Positions 41,943 to 54,836 of a stretch of DNA of 64,000 nucleotides are shown here, one piece after another. The stretch is from Lingula anatina. Lineage: Eukaryota > Animalia > Brachiopoda. Each line of letters begins with the position of its first letter. The first letter of the stretch is position 1. The stretch lies in the NCBI GenBank assembly GCA_051362555.1, contig CM120642.1, positions 6,944,001 to 7,008,000 on the forward strand. Reading direction: 5' to 3'. A program made the position numbers and the translations under genes. The notes beneath the pieces are model-generated. The model searched no databases, was not told the origin of the DNA, and saw nothing but the letters and a program-made list of their open reading frames with translations.

Positions 41943-44135
41943 CTGAAATTAAATGTATCATAATTTAAATATATTCACACATGCTATCAGTCCTGTTAAA
42001 AAGAAAATTATTCATAGATATCTAAAAGTAATATAAAACTTGGCACTAATAGCTAGGCAATATGTTTTGCACACTCTCTCTCTCTCTTAAAATTTTATTA
42101 GAATATTTTTCTCAAAGTACATTACACACTAAAAAAATTTGCGGCACACATATCACGATTAAACTCAAAAGTATAAAACAAATCATAACCTAAAATTTCA
42201 TCTTACAATATTTTTCGTTTTGATTAAAAAAAACATCCTCATGCAATCAATCAAAAACAACACACAACAACTGAACACCATTCTGGATGAAAACAGAGGG
42301 AAATCCTCAATCAGCGAGCATCTAGCTTTTCTGATTTCACACTTGGCTGACTGGAAAATGTGCTACAACCAAAAGAATGTTGTGAAGTTAAAACAGACAT
42401 CTGTGCCTTTCAACGCTGGGTCCACAACACCATTCCGCCAACACATTGTTCTAAGGTGCGAACAAAAGGTTTGAGAATTGACATCACGATAAACAAGTAG
42501 GCTGTTACGAGTTGCTTCTTGTTTTTTTTTTTTTTTTTTTTTTCAGAATGGTTGTATAAAATTAGTTTCATGGAAAATAACCAGATACATCAAGCTCTTG
42601 TCACAGAGATGTGAATATCAGTTCAGAAAAAGCAGAATTTTAGACAGGCATCACCCCTCCCCCTTTTTTATAATTAATTTTTTACAACACATCTCTGAGT
42701 CTTAAAACTGATCATTTTGACCCTTCAAAAGACCTGGTTTCTATTTTGTATTGCAATGAATACTAAGTTAACAGTTACAAAAATGATAAAATGGTGAAAT
42801 TTCATTATATATTTGGATTCTATTTTACAAAGACTAAATTAATGCAAATGTGAAAAATGTTTCACTGAAGCTCAAAAGGAAACTCAGGAGTCCTAGTGTT
42901 GCTATCTGGAGTAAGAAACATCCATCTTGTTTTTTCATTAGTCAACTTTCACCATTCAGTTATGTGCCACATTACACTGCCCTGACTATGAAGTGAAAAA
43001 ATTGACCTTTTAACTTTTTCCCTATTACAATAAAAGGCAAATTCATCATTTGAAAAAGACTTTTCCCAAAGATTCCTTTTTATTCTACCCATTAGGGTTT
43101 AAGGAATTGAAACCAATGCCTGACTCCACTCCATTCATAGCAAAAATTAAGCATATAAATAAAAGTTTAAAAATAAACAAACTATTCTGATATAGTTCTG
43201 ATATAAATAACAGGAATCTTGACACAATTTCAACATTTTGCTTATTGACAACATAAGAGTGTCTCTTCTCATTCTGTTTTATTTCTCAAAGTTTAAAACA
43301 ATTTAACCTTTTCCACTTTCAAAGTCCAAAACATTTCAAATATTTTAAAATGAACCCATTATCCATGACCTTTGGAAAATAAACAATTTCTTATAACAGG
43401 TGTGGAAGTACGGGATGTTCAAGACCAATGTGCAATGTCAAGCTTTCTTAAAAGAAACATTTTTTCTGGATTAAACAAATACTTTGTTTGACAGATATCA
43501 GAAAGCAGTCTAGTGATTGTCCTTATTATGTTAGATTAAAGAATTGACCGGAACACAAGATAAGGTTAAGAGAGCAACTGCATTGTCCTGTTTGCCCTCT
43601 TTCTCTCTCTCTCTCTCTCTCTCTCCTCCTGTCCTACTAGACTGCACTCTTTTGTCCATTGTGTTTTACAAGAAGAATATATTTGTATATACACTACACA
43701 ACAAACATCTAATACTGTCAGAACTAAATTCAAATCACTCAATTTCAATTCCATTAACGTCAGACTTCCGACTCAACAGATGCACGAAAACATTTCTATC
43801 AACCACTGACTTCTGTAATGCACCATAAATGAAGAATGTGCCAGAGAACTTGTCAAGTCACCCATGTTAGGACAAAGTCACAACTGATTCCATTACGAAT
43901 CATAAAAGGAGACAAAACCACATGACCTTGAAATTTCAGCAATGACCCATCTAAAGTTTTAGCTTTCTTTGCATCAATTAGTTGAAAACCTCTCACATTT
44001 TTATATCACACTTGAAGTCATCCATGGTTTCTTTTCTTTCATCACAGTAGACTGAACTAGGGCAAGTAAGGAGAAGGTTTACATTTACAACAAAGTGACT
44101 GTGCAACAATTCACATAAATAAATGTCAGCCCTTC

Positions 44136-44208
<73 letters not shown>

Positions 44209-45489
44209 GCAGTTTTCATAGCATTTCAAGGATTTTTCTATAACACAAAAACATAACTCTTGGGATAAGCATGACAAATCTTTGTGACAAGCACGCCTCC
44301 CTTCTACCTTATGCCTAGCACCCAAAAACGTTTATTCTATCTTTTAATACCTATCAAAGCAATTCTTTTTTTTTTCACTTGATGAAAATGTCCATACTAA
44401 AGACTCATCAAAGTACCCAAAAGATCTTGTTTCAAAAATTTTCAAAGGAATGGGTTCCAATAATGCCACTATTACATTAACAAGGTATGAAGGAATTTTT
44501 TTTTTTTTTTACCTGGCCCGTTTTGATGTTGAGCGCATGTATGCTGCATCCTGGAGTGGCTAGAGCTTTGGCAAAAACAGGCACAGATTGACCCTGGAAT
44601 ATGTCTGTAACTTCTTTGATCTGAGAAATAAAAACATACACATTAGACACAACAAATTTTCACAAGGAAAAAAGAGTTATTGATTCAATTCTTTGAGAAT
44701 ATTCCTTACGTTAACTTTAACATTTTCATAGTTTTCTTGAAACTACCTAAAAAGATATTAAATCCCTCAAAACTGCCCAGAATAAAACATTTTCTGGAAG
44801 TTTATTACACAAGAAACGTTTGGTCTCTAGCTTCATTGAACAAATCTTAAATTTTTTTAGTCCCTATAAAAAAAAAGAACACATAACTTTATGTTACTCC
44901 CCTATACGCTTGACCCTAATACTAGCAACCAAAATTTAAATATTAATAATGAAAAGGAAATGACAAAATTATAATTCTTAAAATGATCTTTTTATTTATA
45001 CTGATTGGCATATATATCAATTTTTTAATACATATCACTTAATGGACTCAAAAATTACCTTCATTTCAAACCTTGTATCAGGTTTGTCAATACCGTACTG
45101 TCGCATGGCATCTTCATATGTCATACGGGGGAAAGGAGTTTTTAGAACTCCACTCTCTTTTGGCCATGAGTTTACCAGGAGCCCTTCTATGACGTCCATA
45201 ATGTCCTCTTGGGTGACAAAGGACATCTCTATATCAACCTAAAACATCATAAAGTCATGATAAATATAATTTCCATGTAATATGAGTATGGTCTGTTCTA
45301 TTTTAAGTTAGTGTTTTTATTCTATTTCTAAATCAGAATTAAAATGAACTCCAGAATGGGAGCAGTAAGGTTTCTCTGTACATAATTTTACCTTACTTCC
45401 ATTTCATTAAATTATGTTTCATTGCATTATCTGTACTTAGTCTAGTTGGTATTGTGTATGCATTACTTCTTCTTCTTGTTGTTGTTGTT

Positions 45490-45540
<51 letters not shown>

Positions 45541-48500
45541 CTAAGGGTGGAAAGATGGGTACTGGAACAACATAAATACTACTACTGCTAATAATAATAA
45601 TAAAATAATTATTAGGATTATTATCTTTTTCAAAGTACAATTCAGCTTAAGCAATCAGCTAAGCTTGTTGGTTACCCTATCCCTCAAGCTCCCACAATCA
45701 ACATGTTTATAAATTGTTCAATATAAGCTTTAATCAAGGTTTATACCATAAGATCTCTCCCAGACATAAATCTAGTTCAGAAAATTAATCTGTCAAAAAC
45801 ACTGCAATTTCCTGTAAAGTGTCAGCAGTTTTCTTAGCATCAGGATTTCATGAGATGCTTTTAATGATGATTTGATCTCTTCTGGTTGTAAACAGGATAC
45901 TTCAAAATATTCTGCATCCACCACACTGCTTTGCCATGTGTTGACAAAATGTTCAAATGACACTCACAAATTGATAAATTGCTTTCTTTGAAACTATGTG
46001 ACTTATTTTTAATGCACAAGTTTTCAGCATTTTTTTGTTCAAGTTAACAATTTTAAAATAGGAAGTGTTTTTGGCAGTCTAATTCTAACCTCTGTACTTC
46101 TGTGACACCAAAAACATATATGTCAAACTTTAAGTTAGCTATGTTCTTCTACTAGGGCACATTTTTAGTAGTTAACTCATGAAAAATGCTACTAAATATG
46201 AAAACAAAGTAACATTCCATTTCTAATACAGCGTCTTCAATAGTAGTGCAGGTAAAATTAATAATTAATTGGAAGATAAATTAGTGTTTAAGTACTGAAA
46301 GAAAATTGAAAATAACAAAAAATGCACAAAAAAATTGTATACGCTTAAAAAGAATTTTTATAAAGCTCACTCTCATAACAATGACAACCAACAAAGTGTG
46401 TCCAAAATTTCATAACAGATCATGTGGTGGTTTACTAGAGATACTAGCTTTTCAAGGTCAATAACCCAAGGCAAATCTCTTTAGAAGTATGACAAATTGT
46501 GCCATTTATTGTCAATTTAAATCCACCCTGAACAGCTTTCACCTTGAGCGATTTAATAAACCAGAGAGAATGAGGTTTGTAACGTAAACCCATTACTGAA
46601 GTCTTTGATCATTTCTTATGTATGATTAGACCACACACAACCTGATAAATGGGCTTGAAAAAAAAAGACCCTGTTTCCCTTTCCCCTCATCCATTCATAA
46701 GATGCTAGCCTGGGTCAAATAATTTGCCTTCTAGCACCAGTTGTATCCTCTTAACTGCTCTCATTCTGAACTGTAAGGTCATTTCTTTCATAAAATTGTT
46801 CATCTGGAGGTATGAGACTTACATGTCTGGTCCATTTCACACCATAAAATTATGCCTGGAGACTGGTCTGAACTTCAAAACCACAAATTTATTAGTTAAC
46901 TTCAACCCAAAATCAATCATATTATGATCTGTAATATTGAGCCCATTTTGTAACAAGAAAGACCAAATCAATGTTTATGCCTAATACTATCGTCACTTAA
47001 CTGGAACAAATAATTTCGAAGTTCTGTCGGTGAATAGCTACTCAGCTAATGATTGTACTTTCATTCTTTCCGACATGAATTAAACTTTATTGCACTGTAT
47101 TGTATTATATTGTTGTAACGTACGGTATCAAGTTTTTGATCTAAAAGTTTGACCCAATTTTCAGGATAAGGCTCTATGTGAAACCAGCTCCTGACTTGGT
47201 CCCTTGTTATTTGTCAATCTGTCATTGAATTGTCAGTGGATAATGATTCCGCAGGGTACAGCTTTTGTGATTTCCTCCCTTCATTTCTTTCATCAAAATC
47301 AACCAAAATAAAAAGAAATGCTTTATCACAGGAAAAAGTTACCATGATTGTCACTCACCATCACATCATTCAAATGTCAGAAACATTTGTGAAATCATAA
47401 ATAATTTTTTCTGTATTAAAAATTCTCACTGACGGAACTGAGACAGGCTGTTTCTGTTATAACCACAGAAATATTTTGAAAGAATAACTCTGTGAAAACC
47501 ATAGTATTAGGAAAACACTCGAATGGTATGTATGAATTCGAACTGACAACATTGCATTTAGCTAATAGAATTAGAAATAGATCAAGAAAAAGAATTTGTT
47601 TAATGGCACAGAAAATACCTAAGCCCAGACTGATTACTCCGAGTTATCTCAGCAGACACTCTGTTCTTATTTAATGGACCCAAAGAAAAATTACTTAAGT
47701 TCTCAAGATTCTCAATTTACAACAGACAAGGTTTTAATCTGTTGTGGATTTTTTTTTTTTTTTTTTGCATATTCTTCTACTGACACTGGTAGAAAGACTA
47801 TTAAACTGGGAGCAGCCATTCCGTAAGTAATGTCTGAAGATGTAATAGGTTTGTTCAATTTAAATGTTTGTGGTAAACCAGTTGAGTTACATAGACTTTA
47901 TATTTTGATTGATTCAATGTGACTAAGCATATGCTGCCCTCTTTTGAGAAGGATTGCAAACAAACTCTTTCTTTCTTTCTCTGCCTCTCTCTCTTTTCTG
48001 TTTATTTACTGACCTTTGCCACAGCTTTACATAAAAAATAAACACATAAAACAAACTTAATAATAGATGAGATTTTATCATCAAATATCATAGCATACCT
48101 AATTTCCCACTATAGCCAACTGAAAGTTATTACTCCATATTGTAACTCAATCTATGTAATTCATCATACCATATGTTCCCTAATACAAATATAATTAAGG
48201 AAGTTTTATTACATTACATAAACATGTATTATTTAAAACAGACATGAACCCGGGTTTTAAAAAATCTCAGGGCATTTATCACAAAAACACTTAATTGGCT
48301 GAGGAGGAGGAGGAAGGGGCACACTTAGGTCCCACTAGAATTGAATTTAAAATCTTAAAATTATGTGATTCCATGGAAAAAGTTTGTATCAAAAACCAAT
48401 AACAGAATGTCTCATGTCTAGCACGATCCCATTTTGTATTGTAGGGCACAACCCAATCAGGAGCACAACCAACTTGTCACAACTAACACAATCCAAAAAG

Positions 48501-51500
48501 TAATGCTATGCCACCAAATGCAATGACACCAAACACAATATAATCCAAGGCAATTTAATCCCATGTAAAATAATCACATTTTTCCTGGCCTCTGCTTACA
48601 AATAAATTATCTGAATATATTCAACTTGAACATGTTTTGTTTACCAGCAGATTTGTCAAACAAGCACACAACCACAGGAAACATAATAAACTTGTAAATA
48701 AGGGTCATACAGAATGAGCTAGGTTCCTCTAGCTAGTGTGCACTAACTAAACAGGGACAATCACTAAATGCAGTCCCATTAACAGACTAATGTGCCTCTT
48801 CCTGGTGTTAAGCAGAATCTTGAAAAGCTAGTTATAATATGAGTGTGTTAGAAACAAGACAAGGCTTGATAGTCTGTCAATCAGGTTGCATACAGTCCCT
48901 GTGGAATTAGTGCCCACTATCTTGTGTGACCTAACTCATTCAGAAGATATCTCCAAAATAATAAAAAAAAAAAACTAAACACAGGTCATCCATAAGCTGA
49001 AGTGAAAAAATCGTGAAGCATCATTCTAAGTAGCAGTCATTTTAATTTGATGATATTTTTAATCTCACCTGGGTGAATTCTGGTTGCCTGTCTGTCTTTG
49101 CTCCTTCATCACGATAACACTTTGCTATCTGCATGTAACGATCTATACCCCCTACCATAAGGAGTTGCTTAAACTGAAATATACATATATACATTTGTTA
49201 TGCATTCCAAATACCAACAATTAAAAACCTAAATTGTCCGTAATGATTGAAATAGCAAGTAAATTCAGTTGTAATTTTTTTTACACCAAAAGGCACTGGA
49301 TCATCTTTTGGTAGTGTTTTCCAATGGTGCACAATAACATCACCTTAAAGGTACGTTATAAATGATATTTTTGTAAGACATAAAACCATTGGCATTGCAA
49401 TAGTATTTAACAACACAGAGAGAAAGATTCTTTATGTGTACTCTAGGATTTTCCTTTCTAATACATTTTTGTGACTTCCAACCAAAATCTTGTCTTCTAA
49501 AACTGAATATCTTTGTTGTAAATTGCAAAGATATTTCCGAAGTCTTATCTCTTTCTTTCTCTTTCTCTCTCAAACACAAACACATGTACATACACTGTAG
49601 TGGCTAGAATTCTATATCCCGTGTTTAAGGGAAAGTAATTACCATGTAGTCTCACATACTGCATTCGGTGCAATTGCTATGTATTTGGTTGAGAAAATGA
49701 TCTTTAGAAGAAAGAGATTCGTAAGTTGGGAGAGGTGCACACGTTCAGATTCACGGAGGACGCAACACTCGCACATATGAAGAGAAAATAGGAAAAAAGA
49801 CAAATAAGTACAGTATGTATTTGCCCGGTCCTTTCTTAAAACTCATTTTATATATGTTGCTTGGTTACTAGACCTATTTTATAGCTCATTACGTAATTAG
49901 CATATAAATTTGCAAGTAATGTAAAGGCATTTTAAGAACACGTGTTATAATGCATGAATGTATTAGGCGTGGTTAACAAACAAACTTTGTCAGGCCTGTT
50001 AGTTTACGTTTATTTTCTTTCCTTAGATATTGAGTATGTTTATCTCAGCTAGCTACATAATTTCATGAAGTTGTTTTATATTTATTACAGTGTCAGCAGA
50101 CGAAGGTTATACGGTATTTTGTCATGTTTCACAAGTGGAGGCTAGACAAGTCTAGTGAGTAGCTAGTTTATGTATGTTATCATTTAATTTTGGAATTAAT
50201 TTGTTTCTTCTTAACTTTGTAATGCACTTATAAAAGAAATTGATTTAATAACAGTGACATTCAGTCATTATATAAGTAAGTCATATTGAAAAGGATCATG
50301 AAGTATAGATGTTAAGTATCTTTATTTATTATTATTTCAGAACGTATCTTATTGTAGTGGATCAATAAAGGCTCAAACAGACAACCTGCGTTTGTTAAGA
50401 TATTGGACGCTATATACACACACACAGGAACAGCCATATATATATGCACACATAAAAGATACATGTACACACAAACACATACACAAATTCACACATGCAC
50501 GTACACTCATACATGCGTTTACACGCACACATATCTCACCTGTTGTGGACTTTGTGGAAGACAGTAAAATTTCCCAGGCATTTTTGTAGGTACAACAAAT
50601 TCTCTTGCTCCCTGAATTATATCAAAATATCAAAATAATTAAAAATAATGGAAGAATAACATTTAAATATGTCTTTAGACCAGATATAAAAAATTTAATG
50701 TAATAGCACACGCAGAAAAAAGTTACTGCTATAGATATTATCCTCCCCACCCCCCACCCCCCCCCACCCCCCAAAAAAAAAGATGTTAATACGTACCCCT
50801 GGTGTTCTTCTGAACAATGTGGGAGTTTCTACATCTACAAAACCTGAAAACACACAAATCTTTTTGGTCATTACAAGTTTTACAATGTCAAGTTTGATTT
50901 ACTAAATTGAAAGTTAAATTACATTTGATGAGACTGAACACACAAAATATTGACACAAATTTTTAATATTCTTCCAATGTTACCTATTATATACCAATCT
51001 GCATCAATGCAACAATCTGTGTTTAAAAAGTATAAGCATACCATATCTGATTGGAAAAAATTATTTGAAACGTTATTTTTTCGTATCTACTCCTCCTTAC
51101 AGTTTCAATAAGTCGCAAAACAATGACCAATTTTGTAATTTGCATGCAGTATGAACAAATGTCTATACTAATCCACTTTCTTTTCTTTTCTGTGGTACAT
51201 TTACTTTATTACCTAGTTTATTGCACAGGAATTCTCTCATTTTCATGACCATGTTGGATCGAATGCGAAGATTCTTTTGCATTTTGTAATGTCTTATATC
51301 TAAATATCGGTACTGCAAACGAACATTCTCTGTGATCTAGAAAAAACATAATATTTCTCTGACTTAATTATAAAGAGAGAAAAGTGAGATGACTCAAATG
51401 CAAAATTTAGTGTACTATGGTACTAAGCTTCATATGGTAAAGTCTTATAAACACTTGTCATTGACAACAACATGCTATTTGACATGTATCAAACTTAATT

Positions 51501-51701
51501 TCTACAACCTCCACAAAATTTTAACTATTTCCATTTGTATGTGCCTGTGGGAAAAATGAATCCTGTTTAAATCTAGTAAGGAATTACCATACTTACTTCT
51601 TCATAATCTCTTGTTTTGAATGGTAATTCAGCAAGACTTGGATTTAACACCTTCAGGTCTTCTATTTCAACTTCAATGTCTCCAGTGGGCATTTTCTGAG
51701 T

Positions 51702-51742
<41 letters not shown>

Positions 51743-54700
51743 GATGAGCTATTTTAAATAATAAACTTTGATGCACATGACACACAATAACATTATTACC
51801 TCATGAAAAGAAAAAACTACCTCATGAAAAGTTTCTACAATCTTCAGTGCATTAGTGTCTAAATTTTAAAGGGGCAGACCCAGAGATATTTTCTAACAGT
51901 CTTACAAATCATCTTTGTTGATCCATTCTCCATTTTCGATCGTCTTCAACCAGAAAATTTTAGATGCTCATCAATGTAAACTTGAAAAATTCTGAACATC
52001 TTCCAGAAGACAGCTTCCATCCGTTCCTGTTTTATATCCATTTCCTACTGACTGAAGCAACTATACTGACTGTGTAACATACACTTATGACTCATTATAA
52101 TTAAATCTTACTGGGTTTTCTTGTCCTTCTGGGCGTCTTATTACTTTTCCTTTCACTTGCAAAACTGACTCAAACTTCAAACCCTTCACAACCTCACAGA
52201 GTGTATCTCGCTGAAACAAAGGAAAAAAAAGATGAGTGATATAATATAATATACCAATATGTGTGGACTTTATTCTTACAGTTACTGCAATATTCATTTT
52301 ATCCATTTATGCATTATATCATCAAAATGGTTTTTTATCAATATTAATGTATATAGTAACATTATGGCCTGATAAATTACTTTCGATCACTTAATCTATC
52401 AGTAAATCTTGATTTTTTTAAAAATCAAAGCAAGCCAGCACTTAACAAACACCACCTACCTTATTATCTGGAACTATGAACTGTGTCACTCCATGAGCAT
52501 CTTTAAGAGTTATAAACTGCAGTGCACGCTCATGCATGAGCCATCCACACAGCACCACGTCTTGCCCCACATGACTGGCGCGCAATTCCCCACACGAATG
52601 AGTACGCTGACTGTGACTTACAAACACTGTTATGAAAAAAGAAAAGAAAAAAATATAGCACACTTGTTATAGCAAATCATATTCTTACTCTGTTTTAGCA
52701 CCATTTTAAAACAATCATTTATTAAATGTTAAACAAAAGCCTCTAGTTAAATCAAATTAATTTAATTCATAATCAAATACTTGGTGAGATGGTAACTGCA
52801 TGGCTCTGAATTCATTTCAGTGACATAAATATAAAAACCCGAGGGTTCCAGATGCTAAATTTAAAAAAATTAAAAAGGAATAAATTTACCAACATTCTTA
52901 AAAAGTTCAAGTGAATGAAACTTTTACAAAAGCTAGGTGTAGGCGGTCTACCCGGATACCCCCCCCCCCCCCATTTCTTCAATCACGTCATGCAGGCAGC
53001 AAGGGAAATCCCCCTCCCTATCCCTATGCTCCCCCATTATAAATTTGTTTCCTCTGCGCTTGGAAAGTGATGTCAAAAGTGTAGATCGTAAGGAAATTGT
53101 GACACTGACCTTAAAATGTTAATTTTGCACAACTATTGATATTGGGAGTCTACCTCGTGACTGGACTAATGCAAACATAGCACCAATCTTCAAAAAAGGT
53201 GATCGTCACCTACCTGAAAACTATCGCCCAGTATCTCTGACATCTGTACTTAGTAAACTGTTAGAACATATTGTATGTCACCATATGTTGCAATACTTTG
53301 AACAAAACAATATTCTGACTTCCCTAAACCACGGCTTTCAGCCAAGGTATTCGTGTGAAACTCAGCTAGCAGTGACATTAGATGACCTCACATCTAGCTT
53401 TGATCTAGGAATACAAACGGACATCGCGATACTAGATTTTTCTAAGGCGTTCGACACGGTACCTCATAACAAACTGCTTCATAAGTTACATGCCTATGGG
53501 ATACGAGGCAAAATACACCGGTGGATTGCATCTTTCTTGTGTAATCGTCAAATGAAGGTAGTTGTTGAAGGCGAGAGTTCAAGAGAAGTGCCACATAAAT
53601 GATCTACCGGACTCTGTAAAATCCAAAGTACGCCTTTTCGCTGATGATTGCTTACTGTACAGGGAAATATCTTCGCAAAAAGACCATATTATTCTTCAAC
53701 AAGACCTCGCAAGCTTAGAAAACTGGGCCATGAAATGGGGCATGCGCTTCAACGCTTCCAAATGTTACTCTCTTAGTGTTTGCCAGAAATCCTCTTTCTT
53801 CTACCAACTGGATAATACAGTGCTTAAAAATGTTCAGACCAACCCATATCTAGGAGTCATGCTTTCTTCCGACCTTAAATGGTCAACTCACATAAACAAC
53901 TTATAATATAAATGTAAAAAAGCCAGTTGCCTACTAGGATTCATTAGAAGAAATTTATACCATAGTCCAGTTATCACACGGAAATCTGCCTACATAGCTC
54001 TTGTCCGTTCCACTCTAGAATATGGTGCTATCATATGGGATCCTTATTTAAAAACTGACATTGATAAAATGGAAAAAATTCAAAGAAAAGCTGCACGGTT
54101 CATCACTGGGGATTACAAGTCTCAATCCCAAGGTAGTGTCACCTCCATGCTGAAATCACTAGAGATACCACTACTGCAGCACAGGAGGAAGGAACTGCGG
54201 CTAACTTTTCTATTCAAGGTGGTTGAGGGTTAGTTCCAGCGATACCCCCCGACACTTACTTCGTACCAGTCTCTAACAAACGTCGTATAAGGGCTAAATC
54301 TTTCAATGACTTTGACTCGAAAACATTGTGAATAGTACTAATAACAGTCGCTGCTTTCACTTACAACGTTGTAAAACACTCGTCAGAAAAAACTCTTTCT
54401 TCGTCAGAACAGTTTCCGATTGGAATGGTCTCAGTGACCAACAAGTAAACGCTGAAACTGTTGAAAGCTTTAGATCAGGACTACTATTTGACTAAGTTTC
54501 CCATGCGCTCTCTTCTATCCGTCTACTTCATACCAGTATTGGTGTCTCTAGACGTACATGAACAGATACAGATACAGAACTACTGATCTAATGAATTTGA
54601 CAAGACACCGGTTGTAGTAACGCACTGCTTACGTTCCACAAGAACAATTTTTTACTAAACTGCTCAACGCATACCATACCTGAGCTACTTATACACCTTG

Positions 54701-54785
54701 TCTGTACAGGAACAGTAAATCCATTAATCTTTACGGGTCGAGAACGTCTGATGAAATCGACAAGCAACTTTGCACGACCCGCCAT
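41877..54785 (-). CDS. DARS2: Mitochondrial aspartyl-tRNA synthetase, 5' part (11 exons, 391 codons; C-terminal exons not found in window)
   Basis: Manually spliced exons 54785-54680, 52626-52460, 52210-52112, 51695-51597, 51336-51213, 50843-50797, 50611-50540, 49173-49069, 45238-45059, 44620-44513 and 41942-41877 all have GT-AG boundaries and consistent phases. They yield bacterial-type AspRS motifs [81 protein letters not shown] and [10 protein letters not shown]. Confidence 0.96.
44140..44205. repeat. (CT)n microsatellite
   Basis: Direct reading. Confidence 0.95.
44513..44620 (-). CDS. DARS2: DARS2 exon 10 (GAD insertion domain start)
   Basis: [36 protein letters not shown]; acceptor tttctcag, donor CAG|GTAAAA; phase 0 at both ends. 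Confidence 0.88.
45059..45238 (-). CDS. DARS2: DARS2 exon 9
   Basis: [60 protein letters not shown]; acceptor ttttag, donor GTAATT. Confidence 0.96.
45467..45538. repeat. (TTC)/(TTG)n plus poly-T tract
   Basis: Direct reading. Confidence 0.9.
49069..49173 (-). CDS. DARS2: DARS2 exon 8 (class II motif 2)
   Basis: [35 protein letters not shown]; acceptor tttcag, donor GTGAGA. Confidence 0.96.
50540..50611 (-). CDS. DARS2: DARS2 exon 7
   Basis: [24 protein letters not shown]; acceptor attcag, donor GTGAGA. Confidence 0.95.
50797..50843 (-). CDS. DARS2: DARS2 exon 6 (class II motif 1 region)
   Basis: [16 protein letters not shown]; acceptor ttttcag, donor GTACGT. Confidence 0.95.
51213..51336 (-). 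CDS. DARS2: DARS2 exon 5
   Basis: [41 protein letters not shown]; acceptor ttttttctag, donor GTAATA. Confidence 0.95.
51597..51695 (-). CDS. DARS2: DARS2 exon 4
   Basis: [33 protein letters not shown]; acceptor actcag, donor GTAAGT. Confidence 0.93.
51703..51741. repeat. (AAT)n microsatellite abutting the DARS2 exon 4 acceptor
   Basis: Direct reading. Confidence 0.95.
52112..52210 (-). CDS. DARS2: DARS2 exon 3
   Basis: [33 protein letters not shown]; acceptor tttcag, donor GTAAGA. Confidence 0.93.
52460..52626 (-). CDS. DARS2: DARS2 exon 2 (start of anticodon-binding OB fold)
   Basis: [55 protein letters not shown]; acceptor ttttcataacag, donor AAG|GTAGGT. Confidence 0.95.
53141..54577 (+). 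mobile_element. 5'-truncated, degenerate non-LTR retrotransposon (CR1/L2-group reverse transcriptase) in DARS2 intron 1
   Basis: RT motifs [77 protein letters not shown] and [11 protein letters not shown], with frameshifts and stops. 3' stem-loop at 54520-54554, (CAGATA)n tail, and a probable TSD AACTAtTGAT (53131-53140) / AACTAcTGAT (54578-54587). Confidence 0.93.
54680..54785 (-). CDS. DARS2: DARS2 exon 1 (mitochondrial targeting peptide)
   Basis: [35 protein letters not shown] is Arg/Ser-rich and acid-poor. Donor CAG|GTATGG is phase 1, matching exon 2. Confidence 0.8.
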
Positions 54786-54794
54786 GTCTTTTAA

Positions 54795-54836
54795 CACGTG
54801 CTGCGCATTGTTTATTGCGCATGTAGTTTACTTCCG
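54795..54836 (-). promoter_or_regulatory. DARS2 proximal promoter/5'UTR motifs (E-box, NRF-1-like, ETS/GABP-like)
   Basis: CACGTG 54795-54800, TGCGCAT 54802 and TGCGCATG 54816, and ACTTCCG 54830, all within about 50 bp of the start codon in CpG-retaining DNA. Confidence 0.5.

Noticed and set aside
43993-44325. ORFs with RERERE, KKKK or YYYY runs (also 28751, 43566, 45437)
   Set aside because: These are translations of microsatellites and homopolymers.
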